Of a stretch of DNA of 64,000 nt, positions 11,401 to 23,204 are shown piece after piece. The stretch is from a virus (Duplodnaviria; Caudoviricetes). The DNA lies in the IMG/VR virus record IMGVR_UViG_3300021255_003058, positions 32,001 through 96,000 of that record, one strand, 5' to 3'. The position numbers and the translations under genes were made by a program. A model generated the notes under the pieces. The model ran no database searches and was not told the origin of the DNA. It worked only from the letters and a program-made list of their open reading frames with translations. Each line of letters begins with the position of its first letter. The first letter of the stretch is position 1.

Positions 11401-12982
11401 TGACTTTTATTTTGCCATCATTTAAACCTATAGGAGAATTATATTCAACTTCTATTTTTAAATTATCTTTTAAGTATTTCTTAACTTCATTATCAATGTA
11501 TTCTGTATTTAATGGTTTTGCTAACATACATTGTAACAATATATTTATTACAATATAGTAAATACCAATATATTATTTATAATTTTACACCCCAATATTC
11601 TATAAGTTACTATGAATTAAATTTAATATTGTTTCCGTCCCAGTCATATTGTTTCAAAAACCAACTTAACATCTTCTTATGATTATGATTAAGAAAATCT
11701 GGAGAAGAATAAATAATATCAAATGAATCAGTATCAAAATGATACAAGCCAGTCAACTTACACTTATTATTTACAAATTTCTTATATGTATGCCGCTTGA
11801 CAATCATACAATATAGATCACCATTAGCATCATACTTCGTAGGTTGAAATACATACGGACCGCGCCTTACTGAATTTGTTGCTGATAACATATTAAAGAA
11901 TTATTTTACGATTATATTCCTGTTTAACACCGAAGCCAAAACGATAAATACCGTCTTTATAACCAATATAGAACTGACAACCAGTAGGAATATGAACAAC
12001 TTTAAATGCAATTTTGTTATCCATGAAATTTGTATTGTGATCTTTGTTTGCCTTCTCAAGAACCTTATCAAACAAATTCTTTATCTTTTTATCTCCAGTT
12101 CCTGGGCTCCATATCTCATCATACATTCCAAGTGTATATAAAACAACAGAAGGATAAGGATAAAACTCAGTTACCTTCAATTCGTCCATTCGTAAATTAA
12201 ATGTACTATACATATTAGTTATTAATATATTTATTGTAATACTTATTATAGTTCTTTATAATATCAATATAATCATGATAATTCAAACCAGTTTCAATAA
12301 GTACCTCACTCATTTGCATTATCATATTATATTTGCCTTTCATTTGACAATTGTAATACTTAAGGAACTTTTTCTTTGTCATAGTTTATATAATTAATAA
12401 TTAATATTAATCAATACGAGATTCAATTCGCATTTCAATTCCCTTTGTTCTTGCAAAATCTACAACATAACTATAATATAAATTTTGAAGATTAAACATC
12501 TGATACCAAATTGCTTCAAGCGGACATCCAATTTTCTTAAGATAATTATAATCTTTCTTTGAAAATTTTTTTACAAGCATATTCAATACTTCATTTCCTC
12601 TATATTTTCTAGCTGCTTCATCAATAGCTTTTGCTTTCTTATTATTCTTATTGTATTTTAACCAAGTAATACCGCAGCCATAGCCAACGAATGCCCATCT
12701 TTTTTTATTTCCATTTTTATTTGGAACATCATTTTCAAGAACTGATTTGAACCCAGTTTCTTTAAGAAGACCTTCGTACATTGAATCAATATTAGACTTA
12801 AGATAGTCAAGAAGCTCATCTTCAATAGTCTTCTTAGATGCCTTTTTATAATTTGGATCACCAAGCTCTTTGATCATTTTTGCAGCCTCTTCTTTAGAAA
12901 GAATTTTATTACGATAATCCTTTTTTGTAATACAGAAAAGGGCCCAACGTTGACGAGGAGTTGCAGTATTTTCTATGTTCAT
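8445..12982 (-). other. Block of about 12 small hypothetical genes (8445-8669, 8685-9272, 9291-9869, 9912-10478, 10481-10825, 10803-10991, 10991-11179, 11336-11539, 11610-11891, 11893-12213, 12407-12982)
   Basis: Co-oriented, closely abutting ORFs with no recognisable domains. Confidence 0.65.
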
Positions 12983-12996
12983 ATTTTATATATTAA

Positions 12997-13042
12997 TTAC
13001 TGAATACATAAATAAAATAGAACATTATATATAAAATTCAAA
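12997..13042 (-). promoter_or_regulatory. Conserved early-type promoter with half of a type-B leader
   Basis: TTGAAT-N15-CTATTTT then ATTTATGTATTCAGTAA. Confidence 0.7.
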
Positions 13043-13056
13043 TATTATTAAAAAAA

Positions 13057-13689
13057 TTAATCTTCATATCCATTTCTTACTCTATATTCAAGATAATTAC
13101 AAAACCATCTTGCAGCAATTTCGGCTTCATGTTTTGTAAACCAAATAGTGTTTCCTTCTTTATCTTTTACTTGTCTATTACCAATCTTTGCAGACCATTT
13201 AGATAATCCAGTATAATTGTATTTAACATCAGAAAAATGTATTAACTCTTCAGTTGGATAAACTAGCTCTTCAGAATATTTATCTTCTATTATTTCACAA
13301 TAACAATCATTTTTATTTGGCCAAACAAAAATTTGAAGACCATTTGATAGATACATATTTGTACCTTTTGAAAATGACTTAATACGATCTAAATATGTTG
13401 TATCTTTTAATTTATTTGCAATATCAAACCAATCATTTTCAAATATTTTAGTCAATATTTGTACTGATACACCCCAATTGCTATTGAAATCATTTAAAAA
13501 ATGTCTAAATACACTTCCGTCTTTTCTTGTTACTAAAAATTCATTATTGATTTTTTCATAAGTACCCATAGCAATATCTTTGCTTACAATCATATCAAAA
13601 TGTTTAATGACATCTTGTAAGTTTTCTGGCTTAAGATACCAGTAAGATTTGTTTTCTTTATTAAAATGAATTTTTACAAAATGATACAT
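13057..13689 (-). CDS. Hypothetical protein
   Basis: 210-aa ORF abutting its neighbours. Confidence 0.65.
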   Translation of the reverse strand: MYHFVKIHFNKENKSYWYLKPENLQDVIKHFDMIVSKDIAMGTYEKINNEFLVTRKDGSVFRHFLNDFNSNWGVSVQILTKIFENDWFDIANKLKDTTYLDRIKSFSKGTNMYLSNGLQIFVWPNKNDCYCEIIEDKYSEELVYPTEELIHFSDVKYNYTGLSKWSAKIGNRQVKDKEGNTIWFTKHEAEIAARWFCNYLEYRVRNGYED

Positions 13690-13690
13690 A

Positions 13691-14164
13691 TTAAAATAAA
13701 ATAAATGACATTATTGCTGGATGAAGATGCTTATTTGTTCTCAAGATAATATCTGAATGCTTTCTGGAGTCTCCGATATATACTGCATTATCTTTATATG
13801 TATATAATAGATTAGTATATGATGTTACATTGCCCTTATAAAATTTTCCAAATGAATGTGTTCCAATGATATTAAATGACATTGTAGAGTTTCCTCTATA
13901 AAGTTTATTATTATGCCATGTAGCAAGTATATCTGATCTTTTTCGTGAATTTCCTAAATAAATGTACTTTCCATCAAATGAAATTGTAATATCTCGTGTT
14001 GAACGTGAACGACCTTCATATAAGTAACCGTTGTAATAATTCCATTTTATATCAGAATATGATGATGAATTTCCAATAAATATATTTTGAGCATTTGAAT
14101 TAATTGAAAACCACAGAATAAAAAGAAATATAAACTTATGCATATTAATTAAATATTTGTACAT
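13691..14164 (-). CDS. Secreted protein built from six 20-aa beta-repeats
   Basis: Signal peptide ending SNA|Q; repeats of xhYxGxSxxxxDI. Confidence 0.65.
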   Translation of the reverse strand: MYKYLINMHKFIFLFILWFSINSNAQNIFIGNSSSYSDIKWNYYNGYLYEGRSRSTRDITISFDGKYIYLGNSRKRSDILATWHNNKLYRGNSTMSFNIIGTHSFGKFYKGNVTSYTNLLYTYKDNAVYIGDSRKHSDIILRTNKHLHPAIMSFILF

Positions 14165-14971
14165 TTATCTGAATCCATGTCTAAAATCTTGCCAGTTGAC
14201 CAGTCTGTCTTTACACAATGAGTAAAATACTCAGTATGCATTGTTAAAAGTGAAAGAATTGCAGTTGTTTCCTTAGGAGCATCATTTCCATTAGCAGTAA
14301 TCCAAGGCTCGTTAATATTGAACTTAATGTATCTGAAATTATAGTTGCCATGATATCCATCAGTTTCATAAAAATCTTTGATGAGAGCTTCAATTACTAA
14401 CCTCATATTTTTCTTTGAAGAAAATACACCAACAAAACTACCGTTTCTTCTAATTAATGCGTACATAATATTATATATTTTAACAAAAATTCAACCTCAT
14501 AGTAACATACCCAATCACTCCCCAATAGTTTTCTCTAAGATAATTTTCATCTTTGTCTGAAAGTATTTCCATGCAATTCAAAAACTCCTTAAGAACATTT
14601 ACGGGATATTCTTGTAGTTCAACAAGTACATTGTAAATATCTTCATTATTATTATACTTTGTTTTTGCTTCTGCAAACAAATCAACTAAATTCTGAATGT
14701 CTGATGATTTATACTTTAACATATTATATATAATTTAATTAGCCATTGATTTAATTACATTCATCTCTGTATTTCCAAGAATAGAATGAATTTCAGCAAG
14801 ATCACGTATATTATTTTCCATTACTTTAAGAATCTTGTCGCTTTTCAATTCACCGTTTTCAACTTTCTTTTTGTATATTTCATACTTTTCGGAAAGATTA
14901 CGCTCAGCATTATAAATAGCTTCAAATAATGCATTTAACTGAAATTGATTTGCTTCAAATATAACTTTCAT
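14149..14971 (-). other. Three small hypothetical genes (14149-14466, 14480-14722, 14735-14971)
   Basis: Co-oriented ORFs behind the promoter at 14999-15026. Confidence 0.65.
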
Positions 14972-14998
14972 ATAATATATATTTTTAATTATATATAA

Positions 14999-15062
14999 AA
15001 TATAGTATAAGATTTATAAAATTCAAATATAATTCAAATTTCACATGAAATTTTCATGTTAT
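14999..15062 (-). promoter_or_regulatory. Conserved promoter with upstream palindromic box
   Basis: TTGAAT-N15-CTATATT plus the CATGAAA-T-TTTCATG dyad; similar context at 28179-28245 and 48136-48190. Confidence 0.7.
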
Positions 15063-15077
15063 ATAATATGAATAATT

Positions 15078-17365
15078 TTATTTATTGATTAATTTCCTTA
15101 ATTCTTTATAATCATCAGTATGCATATATGCTCCACAATCATAATCTTCTTCGCGAGGATCATCATCATTGGTATCATCAAAATAATAACAGTCTTTTAC
15201 TGGGTCAAAATCTAAACAATCAGGAAATTTATTTTGACCACCATTAATACATACTTGACACCTACAAAGCAATTTCTTTGATAATTCTTCTCGTTTATAA
15301 TTCATAATACATTTTTATTTGAATTTATTTATAATTCGTTTCCATAAAGATCTATTTGCTTTAGGTCTATCTAAATGTATTTTTATATAATGTCTCCTAT
15401 GAATAGTAACATAATATCCATTTTCAATAAGTTTTTCTTTAACTGCTTTTGCTAGCATTTCTTCAGTTTCACAGTCACCCCAATTAATAGAAGTAGATGA
15501 TTCTCTTATTCCATATTCTGTTACACTTTTCTGAAAATCTTCAATTGATTTTTTATAATATTCATTAATTTTCTTGCGGAAATTTTTTGTAAATTCACTT
15601 TCTAATTCTGACATTACCTTTTCTGCTTCTAACCCACTCATTTTTCAAAAAAATAAATTATGTTATCAATTATTCTTTTTATCTTTTTTGTAATTCTATA
15701 TAATATAAACAATTTATAGTTCATATTATTTGCAATTTAAAGGTTTATCTCTATCTTCGCAAGACAACATGCATTTATAACAATTACCATCACAGAGACC
15801 TTCAAAAATATATTTCTGTGAATCTGATAAACTATCATATAATTTCTTTGTATTCATTATTTATTATAATATTCTTGTGATCTATTAATTATATTATAAA
15901 TCCTTAATTTGGATTATGTTTATTTTTCAAAAAACCAAAATATGTTATCTAAAAATTTTTGTATTTTTCTTACAATTATATATATCTTATTCATTATTTA
16001 TATTCTCCTAATTTAATTAAATTATTCATTTCTCTTTCAAAATATAATAATTGTGTATCAGTGACATTTAATATCCACATATTCATATATTCTTTTGACT
16101 TAAGATACTTTGAATGCCAATTTATTCTGCATCTCCATTCAAGATATCTTTTAATATCATTTCTCATAACTTAATGTAATTGGAATAATACTTATTTTAT
16201 ATTTTTTCTTAGGTGTATAACAAGTCTTTATAAATTCTATTAAAGACAAAATACGTTTATTTTCATCAATATTAAGACCGTAATTGAATTTCATTGCATC
16301 CCAGATATTACCTGTGTTCCTAGCAATTAAATGTCCATATTGATCTAAAGCAATATCTAACAAATAATAATGCTCTTCATACCCATTTATAGAATCTGGC
16401 ATTTTAATAATGCTTATGACATGTTTTGTTGTTTCCATTTTATTTTTTTGAATTATGTCTAAATAATGAACTTATCAAAGAAACAAGAATCATTACACCA
16501 CAAGCCTCCCAAAATGTCAAAATTGGAGCGTTTGTCCAAAATAATGGAGCAAGCCAATTCCATAGTATCATAAATATAAAACCACCAAATGCTCCAAATA
16601 AAATGCAAATCAATAATATTATTGATATTATAAAGCAATAAACAAAAATACCTGATGAATTATAAAAGCTCATAATTATTTATAAATTTATTTATTAAAA
16701 TGTATCATCAAATGTCGAATGTTCTTTAAGAAATCCATACTCAACATCATGTTTATATGTTATGTTTTTTAGTTTTTCATGTAATTTAATTAATGCATCT
16801 TCATACGATATTGAACTTTTACAATATTCTTCAAATTTTTGATCTGATTTATATCCAGCAATATACATATTTGATTGCTTAAATAATGTCAATTTACAAT
16901 ATGTTTCAAACCACTTCCATTTTTTATTGAATTTACACTCAAAATGAGAAGGTATCTTAATTCCATATATATCATTCATTAAATGAATATATATATCTTC
17001 TTTACAATGTGTCTGATGAATTGTTTTCCAATACCCAAAAATCCAAATACCTTTATAAACTTGTAACTTATATGTAATTTCATCACCATTCATAAGTGCA
17101 AATGAAAGTACTGGCAATAAAAAATAATCAAAAGTATTATCAGTTGTCTTAATCCTATATTTTTGCATAATTACTTAAGTTTGAATTCACGTCCACAGAA
17201 AGGACAAAATCTGATTGAAGCATAACAATTTTCTTCACCATGAGCAGTAATAGATCCAAGCTCCATTGTTAGCCCTATGTAATTTTCTTTATGATCTTCA
17301 ATATTTATTGATTTTCTAATACCTTTACGAAGATCGTTGTAAATACAATTTTTATAATCTAACAT
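15078..17365 (-). other. Block of small hypothetical genes including a two-TM membrane protein (16440-16673)
   Basis: ORFs 15078-15305, 15315-15641, 16157-16438, 16440-16673, 16695-17168, 17171-17365 plus ORFs under 60 aa in the gaps. Confidence 0.6.
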
Positions 17366-17391
17366 AATTAAATTTATTTATCTGTTAAAAT

Positions 17392-17420
17392 AAAATAGAA
17401 CATTATTAAATAAATTCAAA
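17392..17420 (-). promoter_or_regulatory. Conserved early-type promoter
   Basis: TTGAAT-N15-CTATTTT. Confidence 0.65.
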
Positions 17421-17535
17421 TTATATATAAAAACTAAATATGAAAATAAAAATTTAAAAAATTTAAATGAATTAAATGTATTTAACTATTTTTATTAGAT
17501 AATCTCATTAAGTAGTAAAAATATAATTATGAATA

Positions 17536-18558
17536 ATGAGAACATTAATTATAGGAGATTTGCATTTTGGTATAAAAAATAATTCACTTTCATGGTTAGA
17601 ATTACAATTAGATTTTTTTAAAAAACAAATATTTAATATTATTGAAACAAAAAATATTGATAGAATAATACAATTAGGAGATTTAAGTGATATAAGATAT
17701 TCAATTAATCAACAAATTGGCATAGAAATTAAAAAATTATTTCGTGAAATGCTTAATAAATTTAATGATAAAGAATTTATATTTATAGCTGGAAATCATG
17801 ATTATTATTCGCCTCTTGAAGAATTTGCAGAATATACATCATATGAATTAATGTTTGGTGATGAATTTTATAAATGCCATCCAAATTTTAAAGTAATTCA
17901 AAGTGATCCTTATATAACTGAAGATGGTTGTTTGATACTTCCATGGTATTGGACAGAAAATACGGATCATATAGATGAATTATTATATACATATGATTTT
18001 GGCTCAGAAGTTAAAGCAATCTTTTGTCATACAGATTTAACTTCTTGGCCAGGAGCTCGAATAGCATCATTTAAAGGTGTTCCTATTTATTCTGGCCACA
18101 TACATTTTATAGTTGAAGATAATCTTTGTAATTTACATAATATTGGAGCAGCTGTGCCATTAACATTTAATGATGTTAATCAAGATAGATATTTATATAT
18201 ATTGGAAGATTATAAAATTGTAGACAAAATTAAAAATGAAACTACACCACAATTCAAAAGAGCATATAATGAACAGATATTTGAATTAAAAGAAGAATAT
18301 TTTAATAATTCTTATGTGCAGTTATGTATATCGTCTGCAAATATAAATAAAGCAAAATATGTTGAATATCTTAAAGAGCTAAAAACTACATATATTAATG
18401 CAAATATTAGACTTCATATTATTGATGATGATACAAATATTGAAACGTTAAAAGCTGAAGGATTCAATACAAATATTGAAACTTATATTGAAAAGAATAT
18501 TCCTGAACATTTAGATGATAAGTACAATTTAATTAAACAAAAATTACAAGAGCAATAA
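17536..18558 (+). CDS. Mre11/SbcD-like recombination nuclease (T4 gp47-like)
   Basis: Metallophosphoesterase motifs GDLHFG, LGDLSD, AGNHD, SGHIH; adjacent to a Rad50-like gene. Confidence 0.92.
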   Translation: MRTLIIGDLHFGIKNNSLSWLELQLDFFKKQIFNIIETKNIDRIIQLGDLSDIRYSINQQIGIEIKKLFREMLNKFNDKEFIFIAGNHDYYSPLEEFAEYTSYELMFGDEFYKCHPNFKVIQSDPYITEDGCLILPWYWTENTDHIDELLYTYDFGSEVKAIFCHTDLTSWPGARIASFKGVPIYSGHIHFIVEDNLCNLHNIGAAVPLTFNDVNQDRYLYILEDYKIVDKIKNETTPQFKRAYNEQIFELKEEYFNNSYVQLCISSANINKAKYVEYLKELKTTYINANIRLHIIDDDTNIETLKAEGFNTNIETYIEKNIPEHLDDKYNLIKQKLQEQ

Positions 18559-18567
18559 TATTTAAAT

Positions 18568-20271
18568 ATGACTATACATAGTATACAAATAAAAGATTTT
18601 AAAAGTCTTTATGGCACTCATTATTTTGATTTTGATAAGATGAAAGGTCTTATTAAGTTATCTGGACCTATTGGATCTGGTAAAACATCAATTGGTGAAG
18701 CATTAATATGGGGACTTTATGGAAATGTAAAGGGACAAACTAATCCTGGATTAGTGGCATGGAACTGTAAAGCATGTGAAGTAGAAATCAATTTAACATC
18801 AAAAGATAAAGAAGTTCATATTGTAAGAAATATTCGTGAACCACTGATTGTTGAAATCAATGGAAAAACGTTATCTGCTTCAAACAAAAAAGATACACAA
18901 TCAATACTTGAAGAGGAAGTATTTGATATTCCTAAACTTGCAGTAACAAAAATGTGTATTATTTCATTTAATGCATTCAATAGTCTTGCTTCTATGGGTG
19001 TTGGTGAAACTAAACAATTTCTTGACGATATATTTGGATTTAAATTATTCTCTGAATATAATGATGAAGTTAAGATTGAAAGAAAAACACAAGAAAATGA
19101 AGCAATAAGATTACAGTCAGTATATGATGAAAATTTAGAACAAATTGAGCATCTTAAAGAAAAGCAGATATCACAAACAAAAGAGTTAACACAAACAATA
19201 GATGTTGAAGCTCTTAATAAAAGGAGAGCAGAATATATTGAGCAAGGTGTCGCTGAAAAGAAAAAGAAAGAAGGTTTTGAAAATAAAATCTTCACTGAAA
19301 AACAAGAAGTAGATACAAAGATTAAAGAATGCCAAGATAAGATGACTGAAACAAAGACATTAGGTCAGCAAGCAAAAAGTCATTATAATACATTTAAGAC
19401 TGGTATTTGTCCTACTTGTGGACAAAAAATTGATCAATCACATATTGATGAGTATAAACAAAAATATGATGATTATATTGAGATTTACAAAGAATGGGAT
19501 AAGAAGAAAAAAGAGTATGAATTAGATAAGATTAATATTGACAAGAAATATTATAATAGTATTGAAACTTGTAAGAACAATATGACAGATCTAAAGCAGA
19601 AGATTGTAAATATTGATGCCGAGCTTAAATCTTATAATGATTCAGTTCAATTATTGAATGATAATTATGATGTATTAATTAAAGAATTAGAAGATAAAAC
19701 TAAAAAAATCAAGGAACAACTTGATAAATGTGATTTAGAAATTGCTGAATGGAATGAAATGAATGAATTATTTAGTAAGACGTTACGTTATAATTTATTA
19801 GAAACATTGATACCTCATATTAATCGTTCAATACAATTTTTTATAAATAAACTTGAACAAAACTACAAGATTGAATATGATCAAGAATTTAAGGCTCATA
19901 TTTATGTTGATGGCTGGGATAAAGAAATTTCTTATAACAATTTAAGTACAGGACAGAGAAAATCTCTGGATCTTGCAATTATTTTTGGAATATTGCAAAA
20001 TATTATTGCTAATGTAGATCTTAATATATTATTTTTAGATGAATTATTTAGTAATATGGATGTTAATGCTAGAAACATTATGATATCTCTTTTACAAGAA
20101 AACATGGGTGACAATAAGACAATATTTATTATTAATCATGCAGAAATGGGAGACGATATGTTTAATCATAAAATACGAGTAAAACTTGAAAAGAAAAGAA
20201 TAATATCGGCTTCGCAGAAAAAAGGAGAAGATGTTGTAGTACAAGCTTCAAAATATGAACAAGAATTTTAA
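18568..20271 (+). CDS. Rad50/SbcC-like recombination ATPase (T4 gp46-like)
   Basis: Walker A GPIGSGKT, coiled coil with CPTC zinc hook, signature LSTGQ, Walker B LFLDE, IINH. Confidence 0.94.
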   Translation: MTIHSIQIKDFKSLYGTHYFDFDKMKGLIKLSGPIGSGKTSIGEALIWGLYGNVKGQTNPGLVAWNCKACEVEINLTSKDKEVHIVRNIREPLIVEINGKTLSASNKKDTQSILEEEVFDIPKLAVTKMCIISFNAFNSLASMGVGETKQFLDDIFGFKLFSEYNDEVKIERKTQENEAIRLQSVYDENLEQIEHLKEKQISQTKELTQTIDVEALNKRRAEYIEQGVAEKKKKEGFENKIFTEKQEVDTKIKECQDKMTETKTLGQQAKSHYNTFKTGICPTCGQKIDQSHIDEYKQKYDDYIEIYKEWDKKKKEYELDKINIDKKYYNSIETCKNNMTDLKQKIVNIDAELKSYNDSVQLLNDNYDVLIKELEDKTKKIKEQLDKCDLEIAEWNEMNELFSKTLRYNLLETLIPHINRSIQFFINKLEQNYKIEYDQEFKAHIYVDGWDKEISYNNLSTGQRKSLDLAIIFGILQNIIANVDLNILFLDELFSNMDVNARNIMISLLQENMGDNKTIFIINHAEMGDDMFNHKIRVKLEKKRIISASQKKGEDVVVQASKYEQEF

Positions 20272-20315
20272 ATTATTTTTAAATATATTGAACAAATTAA
20301 TTAAACTAAAAATTT

Positions 20316-21608
20316 ATGAAAAAGTTAATTTTTACATTAATCTTTGTAATGGTTATGGGATTTGGTTTTATATCATGTACTAAAGATATAGAATCATATA
20401 CTCCACAACAAGTAAAAGAAATGCAGTATGCTGCTGCATTTGAACAAACTTTCGGTGCAATTTCTCCATCACAAACTTGGGGATTTTCAAATCCGACTTC
20501 TGCTACAAAAGCAATAACACGTTCTGCACAACCTAATTCTAACCAATGGGGAACTAACGATTGGGATGGAAGATATAAAGATTACCCAAAGCCAGCAGAT
20601 ATTACTCCTGAAGAAAGAGCTAAAGTGTTAGCTGTGTTTAATGAAAAGGGTGAAGAAAGTTATACTGATTTAGTTAATTGGTCTAATTTTTTTGTACAGC
20701 AAGTTTATTGTGGACCTAATGGATGGAAAATGAATGAGCTTGCATGTTGGGACACACAAGGTTACAATAGCACAATTTATCCAGATTGGAACAATTATCA
20801 ACCAACAATTGTATTTTCAAATGATGATATTGTAAACAATTTTAATGGTGGTAAATATAGTGGAAATGCAGAACAAGGCTGTATGTTAATGTTTAATTCT
20901 TCTACTTCACAATGGAGTTTCAAGACTTCTCAAAGTGGTGGTGAGCGTATATATGACCATTGGAGAATGGAAGAAATTGATGGTAATTATTATGTAGGTC
21001 TTGACCATGAAGCATGGAAACAAGCTCCTACAAATGCAAATGAAGAAGATAAAAGAGACTATGTTTATAATGATTGGATTATAAAGATTGCTCCAGGTAA
21101 CGGGCAAACACCTCCAGATAAAGTTAAAGAAGAAGGAATGATTATTTGTGAAGATTTAGGTAATATAGGTGATTTTGATTTTAATGATGTTGTTTTTTAT
21201 GCAAAGATATTTGAAAGCGGAAGAACTGAAATTACTTTATTAGCTGCAGGTGGAACATTAGATATATCAGTTGCTGGTGTTAATGTTGGTCAAGTAATGG
21301 GTAAGATGGTTAATACTGGTCTTAAATCAGTTCAAGAATATTTCTTTGTTGCAGCAAATACTTATAATTCATTAATTGATATTCCTATTATTGTTTCACA
21401 AACTGATAATGCAGGTAATGTTACATCATATGAATTAACAGCAGTAATGGGTAAAGCTCCACAAAAAATTTGTGTACCACTTGGATTTAAATGGTGTAAA
21501 GAATACAAATCATTAGCAGATGCATATGAAGGATTCAAAACATGGACAACTGGAGCTTCATCAACATGGACAGAAGGAGCATTTAATGAAGAATTAGTAA
21601 TGCCATAA
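20316..21608 (+). CDS. Bacteroidota-type surface lipoprotein (DUF4842/LruC-like)
   Basis: Lipobox FISC; DYVYNDWI and CEDLG..GDFDFNDVV motifs; C-terminal P.KICVP..FKWCKE...AY..F..W. Confidence 0.75.
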   Translation: MKKLIFTLIFVMVMGFGFISCTKDIESYTPQQVKEMQYAAAFEQTFGAISPSQTWGFSNPTSATKAITRSAQPNSNQWGTNDWDGRYKDYPKPADITPEERAKVLAVFNEKGEESYTDLVNWSNFFVQQVYCGPNGWKMNELACWDTQGYNSTIYPDWNNYQPTIVFSNDDIVNNFNGGKYSGNAEQGCMLMFNSSTSQWSFKTSQSGGERIYDHWRMEEIDGNYYVGLDHEAWKQAPTNANEEDKRDYVYNDWIIKIAPGNGQTPPDKVKEEGMIICEDLGNIGDFDFNDVVFYAKIFESGRTEITLLAAGGTLDISVAGVNVGQVMGKMVNTGLKSVQEYFFVAANTYNSLIDIPIIVSQTDNAGNVTSYELTAVMGKAPQKICVPLGFKWCKEYKSLADAYEGFKTWTTGASSTWTEGAFNEELVMP

Positions 21609-21628
21609 CAATTATAATTATATAAATT

Positions 21629-21655
21629 AAGGAGGAACATATGTTTCTCCTTTTT
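21629..21655 (+). terminator. Intrinsic terminator
   Basis: AAGGAGGAAC-ATAT-GTTTCTCCTT followed by a T-run. Confidence 0.75.
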
Positions 21656-21693
21656 AATGTTTAATAAAAGATATGGTGTTGACAGATTCTGTC

Positions 21694-23041
21694 TTAACAT
21701 TTTTTAGCTTTTCTATACTTAATCAACCACTTTCGATAATCTTTATTATTAAAGATACCTATGTGTTCTCGTTTATTAAGTTCATTTTTAATATCCTGAA
21801 TTCTACCTTCCCAATATAATCCTTCAAATCTAAAATTCATTTCATCTCCAAATTGCCATTCATTATATCCATAATAATATCCATCCTCATCCCAGTGAGC
21901 ATCCTGTTTGCTTTTAACAGTTGTGAACTTTTTATGACATTCTTCTCCAGTTGATTTTGTGTAACCTAAACATACGTGATTATATATTACTCCATCTTTT
22001 TCAAATGGTCCATAAAAAGGAATCCAAAATTCATTCTTTTTAGAATTCCAATTATAAATTTCTTTATACTTCCCATGGTCAGTAAGACAATGTCTATTTT
22101 TGCGATAGAAATGTAATATTACCTCTGTTGGGAATTTTGATAACGGTGTTATCTTTTTACTATTATTGTTATGCATATTAGTCTAAAATTGTTAATTTAA
22201 CTCCAGGCAAACGATTATTAAATGTCCGCCAAATTTTATTATAATGATATTTTGAACACGTTTCAGATCTCATCCAATAATATATTGCAACATTATCGTG
22301 ATCTGGATTTTCATTAACACTTTTGACTAGTACTTTGTAAGCTTCATCATTTAATTGTAAATTTAATTTTGTTGTTCGTATTACGTTTGTTCTTTCTAAT
22401 GTAATGTGGTGCATATATTAGAACTTCCAAAAATTAATATCCTTATTGATTGACATTTCCATTGAGTTTACGTCCTCCTTGACTTCCTTCAAATCATATT
22501 TCAACTCAAGGAACTTCTTAATAAAATCAAGAGTGATAAACTCATTGCACTGCTCGTAATATTTCTCGCGCCATGAATAAGTTCTAAAATCAGTAATTGT
22601 ATTGAACAATTTCTCAGCGTTAGTCTCACCCTTCTCAATTTCAGCCTGCAGAAACTCGAGGAAGATTCGAACCTCTCCGAGCGACTGAAGCTTTTCCCAA
22701 GTCAAATCAGAATAAATGCGGCCGAACTTACCGAAAGCAATGATTCTAGTTGCCCAGAGGTAGTCAGAGTCATTCTTCTTGCGCCACTTATTAATGTAAC
22801 CTCCCCACTCACGAAGATTATATTTCTTTGAACCAGCTTCCCACCCGAAACGAGCATTGTAACCAACAGCAGCAATTCCCATTGTACCATCAACAATTGC
22901 GGTTTCAACATCTCCAATCCAATGCCAATGATTAAACGGACGGGAGTTCTCGTACTTGCCATCAGAAATCTGTCCTTCCATTTCCATTGAATAGAGGCAC
23001 ATTGCAGAAGCGTTCTTGAAATGAATTGTCAAATTCTTCAT
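21694..23041 (-). other. Three hypothetical genes (21694-22176, 22178-22414, 22418-23041)
   Basis: Abutting ORFs behind the promoter at 23138-23165; 22418-23041 is visibly GC-richer. Confidence 0.7.
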
Positions 23042-23091
23042 ATTGTTTATTTATTTTGATTAATGCAATTTTGGAAATTTCATATTTCAAT

Positions 23092-23165
23092 ACAATTATA
23101 ATGAATGTTTTTTTTATGTTACCATCCATACATAAATAATATAGTATCTTATTCAAAAAATTCAA
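23092..23165 (-). promoter_or_regulatory. Conserved promoter with type-A leader hairpin (longer poly-A loop)
   Basis: TTGAAT-N15-CTATATT then ATGGATG-GTAACATAAAAAAAA-CATTCAT. Confidence 0.75.
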
Positions 23166-23204
23166 ATATTATATAAATTTCATATAAAATTTATAAAACA
23201 TATA

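Noticed and set aside
18816-19295. Antisense and overlapping ORFs from the track (e.g. 18816-19295, 31503-31931, 60576-61100, 55251-55571, 7663-7905)
   Set aside because: Shadow frames of well-supported genes on the other strand or frame, with no motifs of their own
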